From the NCBI GenBank assembly GCA_050230475.1, contig JBFLGF010000204.1, positions 1-64,000 of the forward strand: 64,000 nucleotides of DNA, given 5' to 3'. Of the stretch, positions 13,326-30,225 are shown in pieces. Source of the stretch: Ancylonema sp. Lineage: Eukaryota. The notes under the pieces were generated by a model, which saw only the letters and a list, made by a program, of their open reading frames with translations, did not search any database and was not told the DNA's origin. Within the stretch, counting starts at the first letter, position 1; the number at the start of each line of letters is the position of its first letter. A program made the translations under genes and the position numbers.

Positions 13326-14614
13326 ATGCGTCTTTCTCAATTTAAACGTTCGCGGGAAAGGTTATGAATCAGTACAATATAAATTGAGACAGGTTTTACT
13401 ATATTTCCCTCATTCGTCATGAAATTTGGATCAGGTGGTTCTCTGCTGAAAGACACCTGGACCAGAAGCCAATCGTCGGCGTGTTTTTAAACAGGTGTCA
13501 GATACCAAAGACGACTTTCGCTAAAAGTAACGCAAGTCGGATGTTCGGATTTGACGTTGCACGGCTGTACCACGTTGGAAAGTTGCATAGGGGCCCACGT
13601 GTTATCGCATGTTACCGATAAATTCGTTACATCTGAGGCACGAGTCCCACGAGTCGTGTGATCGCTTGTCCTGCCGCGGCACTGCCGCGTCACGCCGCGA
13701 AGTGGATCTGTTTGACTTTGGCATTCCTCGTGGGGTGACATCTCGAAGGACGGTACTCAGCAAGTAACGCGAAGTGCGCATGTGCAAAAAGAAAGCATCG
13801 CTGCATCCCGACAATTCTCTGCTGTCTGCAGATAGTCAGTGCAGTGTAAGGATGTCTGAAGAGAATCACCAGGAGTACAAACGGTGTCTCGGTGTCGCTG
13901 TCGACCGTATGCATTGTGCGAGTTAACGAACGTTGTTCGACGCAGCACGTGAGCTTGTTACGTGTCGGCACCTGGATTTTGGCGTTATCGACGCTCCTGG
14001 CACAGTTTTCGTGAAAAAAGTGCAAGGAGGCTGAATTCCACCGACAAAAACAGAGACGATGTGAAATGCCCTGCTTAGAAGGATGGCAAGATAACGCTCG
14101 TGATATCCATGTCATCCATGGCGGGTAGACGTTACTTGCAAGCGATCTACTCCCAGCCAAACTCGAACAGTCTCACTGTGGAAAGCGTACTATGTCTATC
14201 ATCGTCTGCCTCGACATACGCAGGTCATAGTAGCTACTTCTTACGCCAACTTTCTTTCAATAAGCCTGAACTTCTGAGTCAGAGTTCACGACTCAGATTA
14301 CACACGCGCAAGCCGACCAGATCCAAAGGAAACACCCTCCATCTTGTTCCAACTACCCGTAGACATGGATTCTGGCAGAATGAGGAACTCTTTCAGAACT
14401 ACAGCGATCGTGTTCCTGTTCAGTTTGTACACCCAGATCGCCACGGGAACCCAGCACAAATATTTTATATCTGTAAGATCGGACGAATCATGATCACATC
14501 ATTTAAAGAAATTACCTACCCGTTTCGGAATCGATACTTCATAAAGGATCCGGTCCAGTTTCACATACTTTCGAAAGTACTTCGAATGTAGACAACCATG
14601 CCTGTATTCTGTAA

Positions 14615-14702
14615 GAGCGCCTCAAAAAGTGAAGCGCTCCAAAAATTGAAGCGCCACAGAAAGTGAAGCGCCTCAACTGTAAGTGGAGCACAAAAAGTGC
14701 GC
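14615..14702. repeat. ~17-bp minisatellite, about 5 degenerate units
   Basis: AAGCGCCTCAAAAAGTG-like units arranged head to tail. Confidence 0.6.
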
Positions 14703-15603
14703 AGAATACGGGCTGAGTTCTATTGTGGTTCTTCCTGTCTCGCAGACGATGGTTGAGAAGGTTCAGACTCTTTTTCTCAATAGCTCGCTTTCCGGGACTC
14801 CTCTAACTTTCGCGAGAGCTCTGGCTGGCAGCGCAGACACATTCCTTGTTGGAACGAAAGAACGACTTGATGGTAGTCTTCTACCCTTTCCTTACAGAGC
14901 GATACTGTTAGTTTCCTTTCAGAGCGATACTGTTGAGGACAGAGAGTAACGTCACTCCGTATCTTTTCAATATTCCCAGTTCGCCTGGCCTACAAAACAA
15001 GAAACTACACTATACAGTATTGTCTGCGCGGATTTCAATCACGCTGATTCAGATATCCCCTGGATACACTGACTTGGAGCTACCCGCTATTGGTGCTCGA
15101 TACAACATTGTGATACGATGCCGTGGAAGAAATACACGACCAGAATACCAAATCGTGCTCTAGTCTCTCTCGTCAGTTCTGTGGTTTTTAGAAGGACGAC
15201 CACCTGTGTCTGCATGATGTGTTGTATGATTAGTTGACGATTTTATGTGTTACAATTTTATGGCCAAACGATGTCAACTCTGTCCCAATGCTGAAGCCAA
15301 ATAGGTCCCCGATCCGCCTCCCTGACAAAGTTGTGCTCTTTCAAATGAACAATAGCATGATGGTATAAGGGGCACCAGATTCCGCAACAGATTCCGAGCA
15401 TCGCATGTGCCCTATCGAGTGTGCTACGTGTCTCACCTCCCCCCATTTGCTACTCTATATTTCTGCAGATGGTCACTGTTTGTGCGCGAAAACTGTGACC
15501 TTCCGTTCGTATGGTTCTGCATCATCGCCAGGAGTCAACAACGATAGTGGAGGGAGAAAAGTGGACCAGGATCGTGGGTGAACAGCCCCTATTTGGACTG
15601 CAG

Positions 15604-16527
15604 ATCCATCTGACCCTGTGACTCTCACAGTGTCGAACTACGCTCCCGTCAAATACTCCGTAGTGACGTCCAACCACGTCTATACGTTGAAACCGGCCGC
15701 ACCTCCGACTGGAAACCAAATCCAGATTATGGTAAGTGGCGGGAGAGAGAGTCATCTAGGCTGTTCCCGTGTGAAGACAGAGCTTGTGACCCTTAACTAG
15801 CATTTGGCACCAACATTAGAAAGGGAGAAAAAAAAAAGGACAACCGGACAATCTTTGGGGTCATGATTGATGATGTTGATTTCGTTTTTGATATTATTCC
15901 TGCTAGAAAGCATTTATGTGTGCAGTTTCAGTTTCATTCTCAGTTGATGTCTTATTGGCATGCCTCAACTAGTATAGATGCACAACTATCGTGTTTGATG
16001 CCTCAGCCTCAAAGAAGATGACAAAATCCACCACTATTTTCTATCCATCTTCTTTTCTGACCACGACAGTCTTCTGGGTTGACCTACAGGCCCTCGGTAG
16101 CAACTACTCCGGACCAGATGCAACCCTACCTATGGTTCAAGCCTTTCTCGCGAGTGTTTGGTCGAATAAGGAATCGCACACGGTTCAGGGCGCGGTGTTG
16201 ACCAACACAACAGACGTCGAAGACCCCGGCTTTAGAGGAACAATCACTCAAGTGGCTTACGTCATCTATAGCCAAGTGAACTCGACCGCCATCCTCTTCA
16301 ATCTCTTTGAGGCTACGCAATATGACACGGGTGGATCTTCTCAACAACAAGATCCCAAAGGTGCCCGGAAGTTGCTCTACGTTGCCCTCACATCTGCTTC
16401 TACATCTACATATTCATTGAGTGGAGCTTGTGCGGGTGGCTACTGTGTGATAAATCGATACCCGGCGCCTTCATGTAGACGAGGAAGCTACAACTACCCT
16501 AGTTGCCTATATATTTGTTTTTGTTGA
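15604..16527 (+). CDS. Partial gene for a probable Cys-rich peptide precursor; exons 15604-15731, 16090-16527; 5' end unresolved
   Basis: Donor ATG|GTAAGT and acceptor CAG|GCC join in phase 0. The product ends 'ARKLL...CAGGYCVINRYPAPSCRRGSYNYPSCLYICFC*'. An upstream in-frame TGA (15579-15581) leaves the N-terminus uncertain. Confidence 0.5.
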
Positions 16528-17488
16528 GTTGGCTCCTCCTGTGAGGTATCGCGTTCCGGCATTGTCGGCGTGTTCAACAGTGGCGTCAGTAGGTATGTTC
16601 ACACTCACACCGTGTTGTGGGGATGTACTCTTCAGAATGCGGTGACTTAACGTAACGGCGGCATCTCCCTATAGCATGTGTGCTATCACCATGCAACGGG
16701 AGGAGTACAATATTTTTTGGAGATCAATTATTGTCACATAGATCGTATTTATCAGTTATTTTTGGTTTTTGTAAGGTCACTAGTAAGGGTTAGTTGCACA
16801 ACAACTTCACGCGGGGAGTGATACCTCCTAGCGAGAGTAGGGATAGGCTTTAGCCTCGATTGACTAGTTATACAAGTATCCTGCGATGGAGTAGAAGCTT
16901 TGCTTTAAATTTAGAAGAGCACATACAATGTAATGAATTTGCATTCAGATCGGAAATAGGTCACGCAAATGTAAATTGAGGTAGAGAAGGCGGAACTGGT
17001 TCACACACATTTTCGCTCAGCCATGTTCGGCTAGTGAACCCATAGAATAGTGTCACTTCGCCTTCGCTTAAAATGTTGGTCCATATGTAAATGTCGTAGC
17101 CATGCTCAAGGGAAATGCTCCTATATCTCTTAATATTAAGGAAAGCTTTCCTGATTTTGATGGATCCATTTGAATGCCCTTGCATATACCACTTGTAAAC
17201 TTCAAATAGTAAGACAGCAATAGCGATGGCTGTACATCTTCATAAAGTCACATTCATGCAAATAACCCGCCAGTTGGCACTACAAAAAAAATGAATTGCA
17301 GATTTCAACTCAGAGTCACATACACAATAGCCGCCACATGTTATGTATAATATTTGGCTTTCGGTTTCGATTCCCAGAATTTATCACACATATAACTTTT
17401 CTGGATGCCCAATCTGCATATTGCTGCTAAACGAGCAGCAAACTAAATGTCCTCAAGGACAACTGCCCTCTCTACCTCCTTCCCACGT

Positions 17489-20529
<3,041 letters not shown>

Positions 20530-21060
20530 TGCGCACGCTGCTGCTGTTGAACACGCTTTGCACTCTTCGACTCAGATGGTGGGAATAGAAATCGCAATTT
20601 CCTGAAACTGTCGTCAGGACGAGGTCGTCAGAATTGCGAGCCTGAATGCTGTCCTCTGCCGTGACGTACGAAAGCTACATAATTACGTCACGGTGTATCA
20701 GAAACATCGGAAACATCGGTCGGGTCCGCGCGGTGTACATCAGGGTGGGAATCGGTAGAGTTCGGTAGGAGCTCGCAACGCTCTTGCGCTGGTTGCAAGC
20801 GGACGACGCGGTCGCAGACGCGGTCGCTACGTTCAGTAACCGAAGGTCAATGCGCCCCGCTCTGACACTGGCGGCAAACAAGGACAGCGTTTGCCTTTCC
20901 AGCTGCACAGATTCACTGCAGTCAAGGTAGCGAAGTAAAAATGAGTATATTATGGAGCCTTGTATATGGGAGGTACCGATAGTATAAACACTAAGGCAGT
21001 TGAGTCGAGACTACGTATTTTTGCTTGGAATTGCTGAATTGAGCTCGTCTCTCCTCCCCA

Positions 21061-24000
21061 ATGGATGCTGGGGGTGGGTGGACTCGAATAGGAGGTCGAA
21101 AGAGCAAAAGTAGAACCAAACAAACGGGACAATCTGAGGGTTCCAGTTTGCTTTTCGAGGAGGTACGTACCGATAGGAAGGTGACCACTTCTTTTTCTTC
21201 GTCACACCAGCTCGACCCTGGTGAAGTCTCCGCCGCCATTGCGGTGGAACAGCATACAGCGCTCACATCTGCAACTTTACAAAATGGGAGTTACCTAGAT
21301 GACATCCAGGTTGATAGCGATCACGCCAGTATGCCAGGGTGGCATTCAGGCAGCGATCATTCCATGGAATCAAGGGGAGGCAGGAACAGAGGGCTCGGGA
21401 GACGCCATGTGCCGCGAACAAATGACGAGGAGGCTATAAGGATAGTTGGGAAGCTTGAGCGAGCAAGGTCGGTGAAGCCTCTGAGAAAGGAAGCAAAAGT
21501 TTGAACATGTGCTCGGCCATTATTCCATGCCAGTAGCTGAAATTTGTAGCTAAATCTGAGGTATCTGCGTCCAGGATTCACGATTTATGTAAAGATTCGA
21601 GATGAATCATAAGACTGAGTCATGCTTTCAATGTGGACACCTTCACAACGTTGATTGGAGTATAACACCTCCGCAGGTCAATGGTCCAGCATTCTGACTT
21701 CTTCCGTAGATTTTCAGGTGAACAATCTGCTTCAGACACCTGGATCAATTGACTGTTATCTCATTGCCGACCTTACCGCTTATTGCTGCAGACTAGCACA
21801 GGTATGTCCATCGACCATGACGTCCGAGACGTTCTCCATGTTTTGGAGACACTAGGTCCAGATAAGATTGAAATGTACATCATTTGGCTTTGGTGAAATG
21901 CACAGAGAGATGTACTACTTCACTGGCCTGACGAAACGTGGCCGGTTGCAGACCAGTGGAGGAGGATGAACTTGATGTCCAGCCTGCTGCCTCTTCCGGA
22001 GTCCTTGTCCCCTCGAGCCACATCCTGCTCCCCGACTAGTCTCAGTATCAGCAACCAGCATGAGACACAAGCACCCCCGCCAGAAGATGTAAGAACCACA
22101 CAACCCTCGAATACTGTTCGGAAGCTGTTTTTCAGAAATGCCAGAAGATGATGTGCTTCTTGCAGGCTCAGATAGAACTTCACCATTCTCTGGGTGAGCA
22201 GTCTAACAGCGAACACCTGAGTGGATGAAATCACACCTTTTGACAATTGAAGCTGTAAGACAGTTGTTATGAGGTCCAGAAGATGTGTCTGTAGTGTTTC
22301 TGTAGAGAAGCCAAGTGAGGTGGCCATAAGCGATAGCGATACTTCCTTGAGCATTGTGTAGAGTGTGGGTGTGCAGGTTGAAATTGGTAAGAACCATGTC
22401 CTGCCCGTCCTAGACATCATAGTTCTGGGAGTTGGAAGTTTTGCTGATTCTGAGTCTTCAAGATGCCAGCTGTCGTTGAGCTTCCTTCTGGCTCACATGA
22501 TAGAGGTGAGTGTTCGGTGGATTGAAATTGAACAATCTCAGCCATCGCTTTTCTGTAAATCCTCTACATTTTCACCTTGGAGTATAATTTTTACATGGGG
22601 GACTTATCTTGCTGAGAGGCACAGCAAAGATTATGTTATGACGAGTATATCATGATGGTGCTGTTCTCAACTGGATGGTGAAGATCAACTTGTGTAGTAC
22701 TCCCACATACATATTCCACACGTGTACGGACTGGTCAGAACATCTTGGCACCACGCGTACGTGGGATGTGGGACATTGGAAACATGCACACTTTCTCCTA
22801 ATAGGATCCAGCTTCTCATAAGATTACAGAAGTGTGTTAGCTCCACCGTGCAGTTGAATTCCAGATGACTTCTGTGTTAGTGAAGTGGGAGATTTTTTAT
22901 GCCAGAGAGGTGGAAGTGCATCAAGTCAGGAGTGGTGAAAGTATATAGTGGAGATTCCACAGTGGTGAAATTCCTCCTAAGTGCTCCCACACTTGAGCCC
23001 CTGATCAGTGGAGAGAGCGGAAATCCACAAAACCTCTCAGGAAAATCATCCTCATGTCATGAGTTGCATGTACCTACGAGTTGTTCTTTGTGCTGCATCC
23101 CAGGCAGCTTGCCCTGGCTACAAGGCCAGGGTAAGTGTGTTTGACCCCGTTCTCTCCGCACTCGAACAATCAGCGTTGGAAATGATTGGGGGCCATCCGA
23201 TTACAATCAACGAGGTGAATTTCCGCACTCAAGAGCCGCAGCTCCTGCTAAAAAATGTAGCTGTCCAGAAGTACCAGACCTTGTTCCTGTTGCATTCAGT
23301 CCATCCCTCGCGGCTCACTATTGGTTAGAGACTCTTTTCAGGAAGGGAGGAGAGTGGTGGATGGGCCTACTGTGTTCTACATGCCACACTGTGAAGCGCA
23401 TCTTTACAACAACGTGAGGCCCACCAACCTCAGTAGTATTCATCTGCGGCTACACATTTATAATTTTGTGATATGAGTAGGGAAGTAGTACAGGATGTAG
23501 GAGTAGTAGTGCTCGTAAAAGTAGTAGTTGTAGTATTAGTAGTCTTAGGAGTCATAGTCGTAGTAGTAGTCGTAGTAGTGATAATAGCAGTAGAAACAGT
23601 GAAAAAAAACTGAGACTACCTCCTCCCGTGTCTGACGTGATTCATAACATTCTCTATCCTTTCTTAAAATGTTCGTTTGTCTGGTAATCTTTTCTGTCCT
23701 CCCCCTCCAGCAGCCTGTAATGGTTCCAAAACTGGTTGATTCACGCATCCGGATAGGTTTTCAGGTCCTGGAGGCGAATATGGAGTCACCCGCAAAACTG
23801 AAGCAGATAGCAATCCTTGGCAACAGTTTTGAGGTGTATCAAGATAGGTGAGACCAACGAAAGCTGTTGTTTTCTGGTGGGAGCTTGAAGCACGTGCTCC
23901 AGATCCGTGACAAATAGAAGAGCGTACGCTCAGTTTTCTTTGGGTTGTCTTTGTCAGCAATGCCATGGGCCCTGTGAAATGCCGAATCCGGTATGTGATG

Positions 24001-24992
24001 ATATCTGTTACTTCCGGTCAATCTGACGGTCATGTTTCCACCATTGCAAGAGGCGTTGAGGCTTAGTTGGTGCCCTGTGGTGTTATTCAGGTGGAGTTCG
24101 GGTTCTCGTCCAGGGCCCACTCGGCCGCTTACTCTCCTCAAGGTAATGCCACACTGCTGATGGTAGTCGAATGGCACAACATTTCCCACTTCACCAGAAC
24201 ACCGCACCCTCGACTGGGATGGAACCAATATCGCTGATTTCGTCTGTCCCCACATTTTCCCCTGTTTCACATGCATCCCATCCCGTCCACATACGGCTCT
24301 GTATCAGTTGTCCACTTCGTTAGCCAGGTCTCAAATTTCGAAACCCTTATTTCGTTTGTCGACTCTCCTCACTTTGCCAATGTGTCCTTGGACAAAGAGA
24401 ACATGTCTACCTATCACACAGCTGGTAGGATATGGCTCCCGTCAGAGCGCGCGACGTATACATCTGTGAACCCGTGACTCCTGCAACCTGCTGTCCTGAA
24501 ACCGAAGTTGGTATCAGTCTGGAAGTACTCCCTTCATCTCTCCCCTTAGACCCGTGCTTTTCTGACACACAGGCCGTCGATCGACCACAGAGCTCCATGC
24601 ACCTGGGTGTGTAACTTGGAACGTGATTGGGTCAATGAATCATGACCAACAACTTTTGAATCCAGCATATTTCTGCGCATCTTCGTATCTTCGTATCTGT
24701 GTGGTGGTTGCAGCTTCAGAAGAGCGTGTCAGAGTTTCCGGTGGACTCTGCTCAATTCCCAGTGCAGTCTGCCTTCAATGACATGAGGTGGGCGGGGTCT
24801 GATCATGGGGGGGGGGGAATATTTGGACTGTATTTCTTCTCTATACCTGGTCTACATTCTGGGAAGCTGGGGGAGTCTTTGCTGCTGTCAAGCACCTGTC
24901 GTTGTTCTTTCCTTCTCCCTACTTTATCCACCTCTGGGTGTGGGTGTGTCTGCAGCTGGCATTTCTTTCCTGAGGATACTGACAGCCCCTAA
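21061..24992 (+). CDS. SRR1: SRR1-like protein; exons 21061-21467, 21677-21717, 21952-22088, 22377-22505, 23104-23214, 23342-23413, 23765-23847, 24091-24142, 24714-24787, 24956-24992
   Basis: Spliced motifs 'IIVLGVGS...RCQLSL', 'VFDPVLSALE', 'NEEGRRVVDGPTVFYMPHCEAHLYNNVLEAN', 'ILGNSF' and 'AFNDMSWHFF', typical of the SRR1 domain. Phases are consistent. Confidence 0.88.
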
Positions 24993-25759
24993 AGCGGCTT
25001 TGTTACCACCGGTTTGTACGACGTAGTTTCAGATTTGGATTCGTTAGTCCATCTCTCGCATCTGCATCCTTTTTGCGGCCTTGATGGAACACTACTAGGA
25101 AACTCTCGCTTATACCAAGGGCTGCATACTGACATGAGTTCAAGTTTGTGTAGTTCAGAGCAATCCTTCTTTTAATTCAACGTAAGAGTGTACAGTGATA
25201 ATATATTTATATTCTGGTGGACAGTTTGAGCTTGCGAGCATGTTTTAACACCAAACGAAAGAGAAAAAACATATATAACAACCAACACCTTACTTATTAA
25301 GAAGTATTGCAATGCCCCTTTATTATGTTGCGCAATGACCCACGTTCTGTTGATATGTCCAATCAACACGACACACTTACACACTTACAAACTTAGAATA
25401 TGATATCGACAATAAGTTTTACCCGCTTGTTCCATGATGATGAACGTTTATCAAAATTGCGATTATTCGTTGTCTCCCATTCCTTTTGCACGTGCTTAGA
25501 CAAACTTGGAGTGCATGCCAAAATGGAGGGGGCACATCTGTATCGAGCAAATATATTTTGCTCGGCTTCCCGACATGAACGTCATGTACAACATCGGATG
25601 CTACAATGACAAAAAGGCATGCAAGACATGATGACATGATATGGCATGCAATACATGACTCATGCCATGTCCTACATTTGTGAAACCCTATTTCCGCATG
25701 TATGTCGAAGCTTAATATGTAGAAGTGAATGGTTATCCTTCACAAACTCCTCCCCCGAA

Positions 25760-26130
25760 AAAGTATCCACATTATTTTATAATTTGATAGACAATTAATG
25801 TATTTACTTGAAAAAGTTAGTGCGACCGAGAGCGCCTTGCATACCCGTTTCGCCATCCTACTCCGCGAAGGAGATAGCTTTGGGGTGAGCGCCAAGTACC
25901 ATGTCGGCGACATGATGTCGCCCAAGCTATGTTCCATTGTCTGTTACGTAACGTAACGTATTGGTATTCCATCTCTACTTGATGAAGCTCCATATCCCAA
26001 CGTGATGTCACGGAATCCTGACACCCTCTTCTCAAGAGTGCACAGCTGGCATGAATGCAATGTATATAATCTTTGGTCGTATGAGAAGGTGCCCAAAAAA
26101 AACCCCACCAAAACCTTTAGAAAGGTGTAG
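25760..26130 (-). pseudogene. Possible PIF/Harbinger transposase C-terminal remnant
   Basis: Fragmentary 'HLLIRP', 'MEHSLGDIMSPTW' and 'AKRVCKALSVALTFSSKYINC' resemble the HARBI1-like C-terminus. Heavily decayed. Confidence 0.3.
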
Positions 26131-26719
26131 AAGGATGAAAACCAAGACGTGTTCCAACCCGCTATAAACTATATTGTCGGAAATCCAGTTATAATCGTGT
26201 GAGTCCGACCAAAAATCCACTAGCTCCTAGTGGACCACGAGGACCAAGTGGAACTCGTTGAGGGAACCTGTGAGTCAGTCACAACCGTCATACGGTCAGT
26301 GACAAGATGACGATGGAGGGAATAATGTGAGCACATGTGCCCATGTGAGCGCGTCACCGTGTCTGCGTTCTAAGTCGAGGTGTGATTATATTAACTATCC
26401 GGTTGTATTGTTTGGCGTGCGAGATAACGAGTGATCGGACGATTGATCCGTTTTATTGTGGACAGTGGTGACTCGCGAGAGCGAAGTCATGGCTATATAC
26501 TATATTTTATGATCGGTTCTCTTAAAATTCCGGCAATTGGCCGGCGCTAAATTTGTGGCGTATTTCTTTTGCCTCGGTGGATATTCTTAGCGGTTATCTC
26601 GTCGTATATGCATTTTGTATGGTACGGACGCATCGTGTTTACATGAATGGCTGGATGGATTTGATGAATGGTTTATAGCGCAATAAACTATGGTGTCTTG
26701 GCGCTTGCCGCAGTGGTCG

Positions 26720-27110
26720 GAGATAATGACCCGGGTTATAAAAAAAAACAAGTAATTATCGGGATGATCCACCAAGTTAACCCAAGCAAACTTAGTTTAT
26801 TATCCCGTGACCCAAGATTATGACCCGGATAAAATATACGTATTAAACCGTGACCTTGCAATAAAAATGACCCACCCCGAAACTAAGCGTATGTTTTACC
26901 GCACTAGTACCGATTTTTTCACGGGAAGTAAATGCTAGAACCCTCGGCTGAAAGAATCGGAGGGAATTGTCGGTTCTACAGTGTATGAAATGGACACGTA
27001 CTGTGTGTCTTGAAATGAATTTATGGACTTCGTCGCTAATCGTCATGAAAAGAGGTCCGTTAGACAAACACATGTTGACATAACGCATTCCACTTGGGAC
27101 ATTAATACCA
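26720..27110. repeat. Family-C dispersed repeat (ATGACCCGG motifs); related pieces at about 37042-37400, 18770-18978, 28440-28497 and 50200-50268
   Basis: Colinear similarity between 26725-27060 and 37059-37400. Related ends read GGTCATTATGT...TACGGTA. Confidence 0.6.
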
Positions 27111-27349
27111 TCAAGTTCGATGTTCAAACCAAAACACAAGTTTTACTCTCTAACATTTTAAGTACTCATGACTTGTACGTTATACAATATATTGTTTTGA
27201 TGGTCATGTTTTTTGGACAATACGAAACTATCTACAAAGACTAAGTCCGACGAGTTTTTACGCATGGTTTGTCCAGCAAATCCACTTCACAATGCTAGAT
27301 TGCTTAAAAACGATAAGAAAATTTAGAAAAATAAATTAATGACGATCCA

Positions 27350-28273
27350 CAATGCTCCCTCGATGTTATAACAAAAAAACAAAAAAAAACCCTTACATCG
27401 AGGTGTCCTTATACACGATACAAGGACATTCGCTGTTGGGTTTCAAAGTGTGTGTCCTTGCATCGAGGGATTTCGTGAATGAAGCAAAGTAAATAACTAA
27501 ATATGTTGTTCACATACTGTCTGGAGTGAGTTGCCTTGGCATCATCATTCAATTCAGCGAGGGTGTTGTGATACAAGCAATACACGCACGTAATGAGATC
27601 AGTGAGACATTGCGACTAGCTAAAATATAATAAGTTTACGAGTAGAGTTGGGGAGTTTTAAGGTCGTACTAAGCAACAAAGTCCTCGCATATTTTTTTGG
27701 ACATGGAGTAAACACTCATTGACCAAATGGTTCATTGTTGAAAGGCAAGACAAACCAATGATGACTTGTCATGCATGAAGAGAAATACATAAGTTACAAA
27801 TTGTGAACCGCAAACAAAATACAAAATTCTTATACATTCCAACAAACCAGATTCATCCAAATCCTTGTGTACACTTTCATGATTTAAGTAAATTTTAAAG
27901 ATTGTCACCAACAAATTTCAATATGGTATAACAAACGGACATATATACTGATATCGACATGATTTGACCCTAAATTACATGAAAGAAACGTTGAGTGTTA
28001 TTCTCCACCCATAACTTTCATCACTTGCATCGACGTAACTTTTGGAATCTATATATTTCTCGATTTCTAGACATCGTTATATGCGGAAAAAAACGTTATA
28101 TACACCATATAAGGACATTTACTAACAACTTTCTCACATAATTTGTCTTTATACAAAGTGTCGTTATGCTTATTTCGAGGGCGATTTTGTATTGATTGCG
28201 AAAAAGTTCGAACATTTTGTTTTTATACCGAGGTTGTCTTTATAAAGAGGGTCCTTATATCGAGGGAGCACTG
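27350..28273. mobile_element. Family-A pogo/Tigger-like non-autonomous element
   Basis: TIR CAATGCTCCCTCGAT / ATCGAGGGAGCACTG, colinear with 31703-32614. Confidence 0.75.
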
Positions 28274-28806
28274 TGTTCGGCCGCTACTGGACCTCGATTG
28301 AATCCTGGGCGACCGGGGTCCAATCACATGTGTAGTTTGAGAGAAAGAGCGTATAAAAACTACTATAATGACGTTGACCCTCTCGGAATTTGGAATCATA
28401 GCGTGATCCACCTCCAAAAAAATAATTATTCAATCTGCCCCGAACCGCCCTCTGTTCATGATTATTTGCGGGCCATTATATGTGGCATGTACGGTATTGA
28501 ATAATGCGGGTTCATGTCAAAAGTGACAATGATAGCGTGGAATCCGAGGACTACCCAAGTGTTCCATCAGCGAAAAATAAAAACAACAATGTACTCCGAG
28601 TACTGGTGCCTGAATATAAATTGTGGCGTGTTTTGAATATAATTTGTGTCGTGGCTTGACATGTAACTTTTTTATTCAAGAATTGAAACAAGCATGTCCG
28701 ATGACGAAGGTGGCGCTAATACCAACAAAATGGACCAAGTGCGCGAGCGATTTCCAGTACCTAACTTCGCCCCTTACCTCCAAGTGAAAACATATTGAAG
28801 GCCGTA

Positions 28807-30225
28807 TGACGTGCCAGATGGAGTCGAAATCTCTCTAAAACAAAGAAATCGATAGATTTTGGGAAAATCTGCAAAACTTGACTTTTTATAGTTTTTTGCG
28901 TCGATGAAAATGACGGATGTCGGTTGATGTCTTGTCTGCTTGTCTGGGTGAGCAGCATTATGATTGGGCCTTTGGTCATCATCTAGATCTCACTAGAGTA
29001 GATTTGGTGTAGGTTGAATCCCTACTGACCACATAAGAATGTAATTCAAGCACGGTATGTACTAATCAACGAAGTTTGCCGTAGCTACTACTCGCCGAAA
29101 GCTGAGATGCACGCAACGCTTAGTGGTGGGAGGTCTAGAAACAACACTAAGGTTAATCAGGCGTTACAGGTTATCGTACTTCACAACAGGTGACAGCTAC
29201 GAGTAAAGATAACGCAAGGCAAATAGCTATAGAATTTCTACAAAGGTGCAGAATGGATGATAGTTGGTTGCGTCAGGATGCGCACTCTCTATTGGTTTCG
29301 AGAATCAAACGTTGTCGTGAATAAGACGATTTAGTGATAAAGTGGAACGGGTGCAGGCAATTCAAAGGGTGAATTGTTTGGCTGAGCTCGCACGAAACGG
29401 TGCAGCTAATTGTAACGATTTCTGACGTCAGCAGAACGACTGACAATCAACGACTGCAAGGGTCACGATTTTGCAAGGGTGGCGATGATTCTGACTACGG
29501 CAGAATTTCACACGATGCGTATGCAAACGACACACGACTTGTTGTACTACTTGAGATGCGACAACACGCACAAGCAAACACGCTATTTCGCAGACTTACG
29601 GCTAAATGGAGCGACGCGAAGTTTGCAGAAATTCATGAAGAATATCAAAGGCGAAACGGCACACTTGATAACGATTGTTGACGATTGCACATAACACGAA
29701 TTCATTCACAGTGCAAAGATGGCGATTGCACAAAGAGTTGTTGAAATTCAGACAGCGTAAACTGACAGCGGAAGCTGGCAGTTCAGAAAGAAACGACTTA
29801 GGCTTTGGTACAATTACAATCTTTCACACGCGCGGTAATCTAGATCTTATCTCGATCTAAGGTAGAAAACGAATATCGACTAGACAGCTAATCGTGACTG
29901 TCTATTCTAGAGTTCTTGATTTAACACGTGCGGCGGATTAAACGCCAGGCTGGCTGACTGAGATAAAACTCGGCGCGCACAGGGAATCTACTAACTCGTC
30001 GATACGACAAAATACTCTGACTTAAAATCTAAAAAGTGGTACACCGACTTTTCTAGATTGACTGAGTATAACAAAATTATCAAATCAAACGTCTGAGTGA
30101 TTGAAACTCACATAACGACATAGTTCAATATAACGACTAAAAATCGACAATTACCAAAATTGCTATTTTTCAAGCGGATCGACAATTAAAAAGACTTTAC
30201 TTTCTAACGATCTCTAGCGGTGACA
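28807..30225 (-). mobile_element. Solo LTR, family X (~1.4 kb)
   Basis: Minus-strand termini TGTCACC...GGCACGTCA with exact 4-bp TSD CGTA. Shares the motif AGCGGAAGCTG with 41246-42312 and 47386-48717, and CTCGGCGCGCAC with 41246-42312. Confidence 0.7.

Noticed and set aside
14615..14702. CRISPR-like spaced repeats
   Set aside because: Units are contiguous and degenerate with no unique spacers, there are no cas genes, and the context is eukaryotic.
13330..15460. Several 80-160-aa ORFs
   Set aside because: No motifs and no consistent splice model; left unannotated.
21920..24600. Minus-strand ORFs of 100-166 aa
   Set aside because: Antisense to the SRR1 exons and introns, with no recognisable domains.
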